Positions 54,732 through 64,000 of a stretch of 64,000 nt of DNA are shown piece by piece (within the stretch, counting starts at the first letter, position 1; every line of letters starts with the position of its first letter). The DNA lies in contig PLZO01000022.1 of assembly GCA_003152165.1 (NCBI GenBank), positions 2,362 to 66,361 on the forward strand, written 5' to 3'. The DNA comes from Chloroflexota bacterium. GTDB taxonomy: Bacteria; Chloroflexota; Limnocylindria; Limnocylindrales; CSP1-4. The notes under the pieces were generated by a model. The model searched no databases. It was not told where the DNA came from and was given only the letters and a program-made list of their open reading frames with translations. Position numbers and translations under genes: made by a program.

Positions 54732-55924
54732 TGACCAACCCGCGCCGCGACGACCGGCTGTGGCAGGCCGGATTCCTGGTGGGATCGGCCCTCGGCGCCG
54801 CCGTGACCGTGCTGGGCCGACGGGTCGAGCGCTCGGCCCGTCGGGGCCTGGTTGACTGGACCCAGGCCGAAGCCGTCGCGGTTGGCAGGCTGCGCAAGGC
54901 GCCCGGCGGCCTCGACGCCGCCGAGCTCCGGCGATCCGAGCCGGCCTACGCCGCGGCGATGGCCCTGGTCGTGCCCCGTCTGGCCGACGCCCTGGGGACC
55001 GAGCTACCGGGCATCGTTGATCGGGTCGGAGTCGTCGACCGGGCCGGCTGGGTACGGGCCAACGCGGCGAGCTTCGCCGACCTGATCGGCCGGCTCGAGG
55101 GCCAACTCCTCGACCAGGTCGTACCGACCGGCGGTGGGCTCGTCCCGGCGACCCTGGCAATCGCCAACCGCTGGGTCACGACCCACCAGATTGGTTATCT
55201 CCTGGGGTTCATGGGTGGCCGCGTGCTGGGTCAGTACGACCTGGCTCTCCTAACGGCCGAGACGACGCCGGGCCGACTCCTCTTCGTCGAAGAGAACATC
55301 CGCCAGACGGCCAAGCTGCTCGATATCCCGCTCGATCCCTTTCGGATCTGGATCGCGCTGCATGAGACGACCCACGCCTTTGAGTTCGAGGCCCACCCCT
55401 GGCTGCGACCCTATCTCGCCGAGCGACTCGAGCGCCAGCTGACGGGCTTCTCGAACGGGGCAGCCTTGCTCCGTCGGGACGGCCTGAAGCGCCTCGGCCG
55501 GTCGCTTCGGGGCGAGGCCGGTGCCGAGCACTGGATGGAGCGGCTGATGGACGGCGAACAGCGTCGGCTGTTCCGGGAGACCCAGGCGGTGATGAGCCTG
55601 CTCGAGGGCTTCAGTGACTACGTCATGGATGAGTACGGTCGTGACCTCGTGCCCGGCCTCGACCGGATCAGCGAGCGCTTCCATGCCCGGCGTGACCAGA
55701 AGAGGACGGGCGTCGAGCGGGCGATGATGCGGCTGATCGGGATGGACCTGAAAATGGAGCAGTACCGCAAGGGCGAACGGTTCGTCGCGGCGATCGCCCT
55801 GGCCGGCGGCTCGACCGCCCTCAACCGGCTCTGGGATGGGCCGGAGAGCCTGCCCCGCGACGGTGAGATCGACGCCCCCGAGCGCTGGCTGGCGCGGGTC
55901 ATCGCGTCAAGGGGCAACGCTTGA
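54731..55924 (+). CDS. Zinc-dependent metalloprotease (DUF2342 family)
   Basis: HETTHAFEF zinc-binding HExxH context within the actinobacterial DUF2342 architecture. Confidence 0.7.
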   Translation: MTNPRRDDRLWQAGFLVGSALGAAVTVLGRRVERSARRGLVDWTQAEAVAVGRLRKAPGGLDAAELRRSEPAYAAAMALVVPRLADALGTELPGIVDRVGVVDRAGWVRANAASFADLIGRLEGQLLDQVVPTGGGLVPATLAIANRWVTTHQIGYLLGFMGGRVLGQYDLALLTAETTPGRLLFVEENIRQTAKLLDIPLDPFRIWIALHETTHAFEFEAHPWLRPYLAERLERQLTGFSNGAALLRRDGLKRLGRSLRGEAGAEHWMERLMDGEQRRLFRETQAVMSLLEGFSDYVMDEYGRDLVPGLDRISERFHARRDQKRTGVERAMMRLIGMDLKMEQYRKGERFVAAIALAGGSTALNRLWDGPESLPRDGEIDAPERWLARVIASRGNA

Positions 55925-57009
55925 GCGAGAGCAGCCGGGTGGTCGGTCCAGGCCGTGGGCCGCACGGCGTGCCCGCCGCGATCGCCCTCAGTCCGATCCT
56001 CTCGGCTCGCTACCGCTCGCGGGACCTCGAGCGGATCCGAGCCGCTGCGCCCGGCTCACGCCTGGTCATGATCTCGTTCGAAGGGCTGGCCGATGGCCCG
56101 GTCGATGATGTCGAGGTCCTGCTGTGCGGCTTTCTGGGCGCCGATGCCTTCGACCGCTTCCTGGCTCGAGCTCCTCGGCTGGCCTGGGTCCACTCGGCGA
56201 CGGCCGGCGTCGAGCGGGTCCTGACCCCCGGCAGCCGCCAGCGCGACCTGCTGATCACGAACGCCCGGGGTGTCTTCTCCCGGCCGATCGCGGAGTACGT
56301 GCTGATGATGATCCTGGCGGTCAGCCGGCGCCTGCCACAGCTCCTTGAGCTCCAGCGCGAGCGGACATGGCAGCCGCTCGAGGGCGCCGAGCTGAGCGAC
56401 GTGACGGTGGGGATCGTTGGCCTGGGTTCGATCGGGCGGGCGGTGGCGACGCTCGCGACGGCGTTCGGCTGCCGGGTGATCGCAACCCGCCGCCGGTCGG
56501 AGGCCGGGGCGGCTGCAGCTCCGCATGGCGAGCCGCCGCAGGATGAGGCCCGCCCCGGCGCAGGCTCGACCGGCGAGGGGCTCGTTCTCGACCAGGTCCT
56601 CGGTCCGGACGGCCTGACCGCGCTGCTGGCGGAGTCCGACTTCGTCGTCCTCGCAGCGCCGCTAACGCCAACGACCGAGGGCCTGATCGACGGCCCGGCA
56701 CTCGAGGCGATGAAGCCGGGTGCGTGGCTGATCAACGTGGCTCGAGGTCGACTCGTCGACGAGCGAGCTCTATTGCGCGCCCTGCGCGAGGGTCACATCG
56801 GTGGGGCGATTCTCGACACGTTCCGGGATGAGCCGCTGCCGCCGAGCTCGCCGTTCTACGACATGGACAACGTGATCGTCACGCCCCACACCTCGTGGTC
56901 CAGTGGACGCGTTCTCGATCGCTCGGTCGAGCTGTTCTGCGCGAACCTGCGCCGCTACGCCGCGGGCCAGCCCCTCGTGAACGTGGTCGACCCCGCCGCC
57001 GGGTACTGA
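55921..57009 (+). CDS. D-isomer-specific 2-hydroxyacid dehydrogenase (NAD-binding)
   Basis: GIVGLGSIGRAV Rossmann motif; catalytic R…E…H pattern (NVARG…PHTS). The N-terminal extension may not be translated. Confidence 0.75.
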   Translation: MSESSRVVGPGRGPHGVPAAIALSPILSARYRSRDLERIRAAAPGSRLVMISFEGLADGPVDDVEVLLCGFLGADAFDRFLARAPRLAWVHSATAGVERVLTPGSRQRDLLITNARGVFSRPIAEYVLMMILAVSRRLPQLLELQRERTWQPLEGAELSDVTVGIVGLGSIGRAVATLATAFGCRVIATRRRSEAGAAAAPHGEPPQDEARPGAGSTGEGLVLDQVLGPDGLTALLAESDFVVLAAPLTPTTEGLIDGPALEAMKPGAWLINVARGRLVDERALLRALREGHIGGAILDTFRDEPLPPSSPFYDMDNVIVTPHTSWSSGRVLDRSVELFCANLRRYAAGQPLVNVVDPAAGY

Positions 57010-57048
57010 CCGAACGTCGACCGCCGTGATCGGCGACAATCGGGCCGC

Positions 57049-58152
57049 ATGCAGATCGCGATCGTCGGGCTTGCCGGAGCGGGTAAGACCACCGTCTTCA
57101 ACACCCTGACCCGGGGCCACGCCGAGACCGGCGGATTCGGTGGGATGCAGCTGAACGTCGGGGTGGTCAAGGTGCCCGACGTCCGGCTCGACCGGCTCGC
57201 GGCCATCTTCAAACCCAAGAAGATCGTCCAGGCGGACGTCACCTACGCCGACCTGCCGGCGTCTCCGGCATCCTCCGACGGCCGGATCGGAACCGAAGAG
57301 CTGCCGGCCGAGCACCTCGCCCGGCTGCGCGACGCGGATGCCCTGCTCCACGTGGTCCGCGCGTTCGAAGACCCATCGGCGCCACATCCCGAGGGTTCGG
57401 TCGATCCTTGGCGTGACCTCGAGCGGCTCGACCTCGAATTTATCCTGGCCGACCTGACGGTCACCGAGCGCCGCCTCGAGCGACTCCGGGCACCCGGGCG
57501 CCACGGTACCCCGGCCGAGCGCGAGTCGAACGAGCGCGAGGAGGTGATCCTGGCCCGGCTCTACGCCGGACTCGTGGAGGGTGCGCCGATCCGCGACGTC
57601 GAGCTGAGCAGCGACGAAGAAAAGGCCCTGCGTGGCTTCCGGTTCCTCACCCAGAAACCGGTCCTCGTCGTCCTGAACGTCGGCGAGGCCGATATCGTCC
57701 GGGAGGCGGAGATCGTGACCGGGATCGCCGAGCGCTACGAGCACCGCGGGGCAATCGTCGACGCACTCAGCGCCAGGATCGAGATGGAGCTGGGCGAGCT
57801 CGACGCGGACGAGGCCGCGGCCTTCATGGCGGAACTGGGGATCCACGGCTCCAGCCTTGACCGGGTCATCGCCCTGTCCTACCGGTTGCTCGGGCTGGTC
57901 AGCTTCCTGACCGCCGGTCCGGACGAGGTCCGGGCCTGGCCGATCCCGGCCGGTTCCACAGCGGTCGATGCGGCCGGAGCGATCCACACCGACCTCGCCC
58001 GGGGCTTCATCCGGGCCGAGACGGTGGCCTATGCAGACCTCCTTGAGCTCGGCTCAATGGCCGAGGCCCGCAAGCACGGCCGGCTGCGCTCCGAGGGCAA
58101 GACCTACCTCGTCCGCGATGGGGACGTGGTCGAGATCCTGTTCAGCAAGTAG
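57049..58152 (+). CDS. ychF: Ribosome-binding ATPase YchF
   Basis: MQIAIVGLAGAGKTTVFN G1 motif, C-terminal TGS domain (…GFIRAEVV…). Confidence 0.9.
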   Translation: MQIAIVGLAGAGKTTVFNTLTRGHAETGGFGGMQLNVGVVKVPDVRLDRLAAIFKPKKIVQADVTYADLPASPASSDGRIGTEELPAEHLARLRDADALLHVVRAFEDPSAPHPEGSVDPWRDLERLDLEFILADLTVTERRLERLRAPGRHGTPAERESNEREEVILARLYAGLVEGAPIRDVELSSDEEKALRGFRFLTQKPVLVVLNVGEADIVREAEIVTGIAERYEHRGAIVDALSARIEMELGELDADEAAAFMAELGIHGSSLDRVIALSYRLLGLVSFLTAGPDEVRAWPIPAGSTAVDAAGAIHTDLARGFIRAETVAYADLLELGSMAEARKHGRLRSEGKTYLVRDGDVVEILFSK

Positions 58153-58192
58153 CGGGGTCGTCGGGCGGCCCGCGGCGCGTCGACCGGGCTTC

Positions 58193-58594
58193 CTAGTTGA
58201 GCTGCGAGTCGCCCTTGGGGCGGAGCTCGGCGATGACTGCCCGGTAGTCGGGCAGGTCGTCCTCGTCGATGTCGTTCTCGTCGATGTCCTCATCGCCCCA
58301 GTCAGGACCCTGGTCGGCGACCTCGATCGCGGTGAGTTGCGTCTCTTCCTCGCTCTGGCTGACCAGCACGGAGGCGGTCAGGCGATCGTCGCTGACCGGG
58401 GTGAAGCCCTGCTCCTCCTCAAGCACCCGGGCGACCGCCTCGATCAGCGTATTCTCATCGAACGAGTCGCGAACTCGCCGGCTGGCCGCCCGCACGAGCT
58501 CGACGAATTCGTCCGGCTCGAACCGCTCTTCGTGGACCAGGATGAGGTCCGAGAAGATGTCGCCGTCGCCCTCGTGGAGTTCGTAGAAGTACAT
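58193..58594 (-). CDS. Acidic hypothetical protein (about 133 aa)
   Basis: I place the start at the ATG at 58594 (MYFYELHEGDGDIF…). Highly acidic C-terminus (DEDIDENDIDEDD). Divergent from and overlapping the start of the PfkB gene. Confidence 0.5.
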   Translation of the reverse strand: MYFYELHEGDGDIFSDLILVHEERFEPDEFVELVRAASRRVRDSFDENTLIEAVARVLEEEQGFTPVSDDRLTASVLVSQSEEETQLTAIEVADQGPDWGDEDIDENDIDEDDLPDYRAVIAELRPKGDSQLN

Positions 58595-59531
58595 GGCGTC
58601 ACGATACCCCGAGCGGGGGGAGTTCGACGTCGTCCACGTCGGCAATGTCTGTCGCGACGTGACGAGGGATGATCCGCGCGGCTGGCGACTGGGCGGTGGA
58701 GTCGCCTATGCGGCTCTCACGACTGCTCGTCTGGGCCTGCGGGCGGCGGCCGTGGTTGGTGCCGACGGGATCGCCGCGGGAGCCGCTGAATTCGAGCTGC
58801 TCCGCGCCGCCGGGGTGGCCGTCCAGGTCATGCCCCTGGCCCAGGGCCCGATCTTCGAGAATGTCGAGACCCCCTCCGGCCGCGTCCAGACGTACGTCGA
58901 ACCCGGCGATCCGTTGCCGGTCGTCGCGATTCTGCCGGCCTGGGCGCGCGCACCCTCGTGGCTCGTCGTCCCGGTGTCCGACGAGATCCTGCCGGAATGG
59001 GCAGCCGTCGTGCCCGAGCAAGCTCGCCTGACCCTTGGCTGGCAAGGCCTGCTGCGAGTGCTCGTTGCCGGCCAGCGGACCGGGCGCAAGGCGCCCGTTC
59101 GCAGCGCGCTGCTGAGCCGGGCCGACATCGTGGGCGTGAGCGGCGAGGACCTCGGTCCGGAGACCTCGCTCGAGGCCGCTGGGGTCTGCCTGACGCACGG
59201 TTCCCGGCTCGTCGTGACGGAGGGGGATGCCGGCGGCGTGATCATTACTGCGGGGGATCGCGCCGCTGGGTCGCACCTGTGGTACCGGGCCCTCGCCGCT
59301 CGCCAGGTCGATCTGACTGGCGCGGGCGATGTCTTCCTCGCCGCGCTTGCCGCGGCACCGACGATTCGAAACCAGCCGGCGACGCGCGACGCCGGCCTGA
59401 CCCCAGACGACGCGCGCTGGGCCGCGGCCGCCGGCGCGCTGGCGGTCGAGGGTATCGGCCTTTCGGCAGTCCCGGACCGGGCAGCGATCGAGTCCCGGCT
59501 GGCTGGCGAGGCGCGACGCCGCACCGTTTGA
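58593..59531 (+). CDS. PfkB-family carbohydrate/nucleoside kinase
   Basis: C-terminal DLTGAGDVFLAALAA (PfkB signature 2), N-terminal GG motif region. Confidence 0.75.
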   Translation: MASRYPERGEFDVVHVGNVCRDVTRDDPRGWRLGGGVAYAALTTARLGLRAAAVVGADGIAAGAAEFELLRAAGVAVQVMPLAQGPIFENVETPSGRVQTYVEPGDPLPVVAILPAWARAPSWLVVPVSDEILPEWAAVVPEQARLTLGWQGLLRVLVAGQRTGRKAPVRSALLSRADIVGVSGEDLGPETSLEAAGVCLTHGSRLVVTEGDAGGVIITAGDRAAGSHLWYRALAARQVDLTGAGDVFLAALAAAPTIRNQPATRDAGLTPDDARWAAAAGALAVEGIGLSAVPDRAAIESRLAGEARRRTV

Positions 59532-59628
59532 GGATTCGCGTGCGCCCGAGAGCGCCGACGTCAGCCGAGACGGCGCACGATCTGGACATCGGTTTCGACA
59601 TCGTCTGCCGAGCAATAGCAGGTGATCT

Positions 59629-61026
59629 TTAGCCAATCGCAAAGGGAACCGGGGCGACGCCGATCGCCTTGGCACCAGGCTCCATGCGCCCGTCCGGGTG
59701 CCCATGGACCCGCTTGGCCAGGCGGACCCGGCGCCGGGCAAGGTCGGCTTCGACGGTCCGTAGCGGGCGACCCAGGAACCGGGCGCGCTGGGCCAGCCGG
59801 TCGGCGGCAGCACAGGCGCCCAGGGCACCGACCGGGTCGTGCTCGCGGTGTTCCAGGACCTTGGCGACCTCGATCCAGGCGAACGCGGCGTCCGGCCCGC
59901 CGCCATGGGCCACGTCCCGCCAGGCCTCGAGTGCTTCGCGATGCCGGCCGAGTCGCCGCAACAGGCGAGCCCGCTCGACGATCATCTCGAGCCGGACCGG
60001 ACTGGCCACTTCCGGTCCGGTTGCGTCTGCCCGCTGGGTCAGGATCGTCGACCACGACCGTCCGGCTCGGTCCGGCCCGACGCTCGACCCGGAACGGGGC
60101 GGGCCCTCGAGGGCGGCATCGAGGCAATCGAGCGCGTCGTCATCGCGGCGATTCCGTCGGTAGGCACGGGCGAGCCCGAACAGGTCCCCGGTGGGGGCCG
60201 ACCGGCGATCCGTGGTCGCCCCGAGATGCCGTTCCGCGTGGGCCATCAGGCGGGCGAGCGAGCGAACATCCGCGTGGTTGTGGCGAACCACCTCGCCGAT
60301 CGGTTCGACCGGGCCGCCCCGGAGCATCTCGAGGTAGCGGCCGGGGATCTCCCAGCCCTCGATATCGTGTTGACGTCGTGCGCCGAGCAGCTCCGACTCG
60401 ACCGTCTTGAGCCTGGCATCGGTCAGCCGGTGGCGGTAGACGCGTCGAACGAACGGCAGCAGGTCCAAGTGGCCGGCAAGAGTTGGCGGCGGTCGTCGGT
60501 TGAACCGGAACCGGGCAACGAGCAGCGGCCAGTCGAAACTCCTGCCGTTGTAGGTGACCAGCCAGCCGGCCGGCGGCAGGAGGCCGGCCAGGGCATCGAG
60601 GAGTCCGCCCTCGCCCGCCTCGTCCGGCAGGAGGAGCTGGACCTGGCGGAACGTGGAGCCGGTCCACCAGCCGAGTCCGACGAGGAACGCCAGGGTTCCC
60701 GCGCCGGTGGCCAGGCCGGTCGTCTCGGTGTCGAGGCAGACCAGGGGAACATCTGGTCCGGGATGGTCGGGTAGCGCGGCGACCCGATCCCGGTCGATTG
60801 GAAGCTCGATCGGTTCGGGTTCGATCCGCACGTGGCCTCCGCCCGGACCCTGGACCCAGGTTCCATCGAGGGATGTCGCGAGTCGCTCCGCGCGGGATTC
60901 GGCTGAGCGCGCCAGTGCCGCCCACGGGGCCGCGGGAGCTCGCCGGTCGGCCGGCCGCTGCAGGGCGGCATCGCGCTCCAGCCGAAGACGGTCGAGCCGC
61001 CGCTCGAGGATCGCGCTCTCGCTCAT
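59629..61026 (-). CDS. mrfB: RNase-H-like exonuclease with TPR repeats (YprB/MrfB family)
   Basis: DTETTGL exonuclease motif, …YNGRSFDWPLL…, C-terminal TPR-like helical repeats. It lies immediately downstream of the DEXH helicase. Confidence 0.7.
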   Translation of the reverse strand: MSESAILERRLDRLRLERDAALQRPADRRAPAAPWAALARSAESRAERLATSLDGTWVQGPGGGHVRIEPEPIELPIDRDRVAALPDHPGPDVPLVCLDTETTGLATGAGTLAFLVGLGWWTGSTFRQVQLLLPDEAGEGGLLDALAGLLPPAGWLVTYNGRSFDWPLLVARFRFNRRPPPTLAGHLDLLPFVRRVYRHRLTDARLKTVESELLGARRQHDIEGWEIPGRYLEMLRGGPVEPIGEVVRHNHADVRSLARLMAHAERHLGATTDRRSAPTGDLFGLARAYRRNRRDDDALDCLDAALEGPPRSGSSVGPDRAGRSWSTILTQRADATGPEVASPVRLEMIVERARLLRRLGRHREALEAWRDVAHGGGPDAAFAWIEVAKVLEHREHDPVGALGACAAADRLAQRARFLGRPLRTVEADLARRRVRLAKRVHGHPDGRMEPGAKAIGVAPVPFAIG

Positions 61027-61048
61027 GGGTGCGCGAGGCCTGCGGCGG

Positions 61049-63388
<2,340 letters not shown>

Positions 63389-63510
63389 GGGTACGAAATA
63401 TGTGGCAGTCTAGCAGGCACCATCGCGCACCTGTGCGTCAGCTCTCCTGTCACAGCGAGACCCCCCCCGCGGTTTGACACCTCAGCTGCCGGTAGCTACG
63501 CTGCAACGCA

Positions 63511-64000
63511 ATGACCGGCAGGCAGGATGATCAGCGCGAGCTCCTCGACGATCCGCTCGGCGCTCCTGCCGAGAGTCTCGACAGCGGCCTTGGGATCCTC
63601 GCCCGCGGTCGTGATCTGGCCGGCCTGTCGGTCGCGGGGATCACTCGTCGGCGCATTGCGATCCTGCTGGCCGCCGTCCTGTCGGCCTGGATCGTGCTTG
63701 CCCTGTCGCGCCAGGTGGGTGACGCGGCCGAGGCCGCCAACCGGGCAGGCCAGCTGACCCGGGACAACCAGGCACTCAGCGCCCAGATCCAGACGCTGAC
63801 CGCGGAACGGACCCTGATCCAGCAACAGGCCTATATCGAGATCGAGGCCCGGGCCCACGGCCTGGGAGGTCGCCAGGAGCACCCCTTTAGCCTGGCCGCA
63901 GATGTGCCGACGCTCCCGCCAGATGCCCCCGGCAGTGCGTCGAGCGCGCTCGGCGCGACCACCACCCGGACCGCGCCGGTCGACGCCTGGCTGGACCTCC
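63511..64000 (+). CDS. FtsB/DivIC-like septum-formation initiator (3'-truncated by the window edge)
   Basis: ATG at 63511 follows an in-frame TAG. TM helix (IAILLAAVLSAWIVLAL) then coiled coil (QLTRDNQALSAQIQTLTAERTLIQQQAYIEIEAR). The ORF is open to the window end. Confidence 0.6.
   Translation, partial: MTGRQDDQRELLDDPLGAPAESLDSGLGILARGRDLAGLSVAGITRRRIAILLAAVLSAWIVLALSRQVGDAAEAANRAGQLTRDNQALSAQIQTLTAERTLIQQQAYIEIEARAHGLGGRQEHPFSLAADVPTLPPDAPGSASSALGATTTRTAPVDAWLDL

Overview
High-GC (about 70% by eye) bacterial chromosomal segment; gene content and order look Actinomycetota-like. Left to right: the 3' end of valS; a maltodextrin/glycogen utilisation locus (CUT1-type sugar ABC transporter, LacI regulator, GH13 alpha-glucosidase, amylo-alpha-1,6-glucosidase); three small zinc-ribbon/HTH genes; a disrupted yihY; a proline-rich zinc-ribbon protein; an FhaA-FhaB-RodA-PbpA cell-wall cluster that lacks the usual PstP/PknA/PknB genes; a large GH63-like hydrolase; a MoxR-DUF58-transglutaminase operon; histidine phosphatase, serA and a class-V aminotransferase. 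Next is a ~12 kb integrated element (about 29.6-41.7 kb) inserted into rarA. It carries a large serine recombinase, a Type II restriction-modification pair, several translationally coupled operons of unknown function, a candidate two-gene defence cassette, and a repeat-rich non-coding region. To the right are intact (chimeric) rarA, a UvrD-family helicase-nuclease, a HAD hydrolase, an M20 peptidase, an agmatinase-family enzyme, a SAM methyltransferase, an orphan REC-MinD/CpaE-like ATPase, murI, a zinc metalloprotease, a 2-hydroxyacid dehydrogenase, ychF, a PfkB kinase, the mrfB/mrfA repair pair and a partial FtsB-like gene. I found no rRNA, tRNA or CRISPR array by eye. Many listed ORFs are antisense or alternative-frame artefacts of high GC and are not reported as genes.
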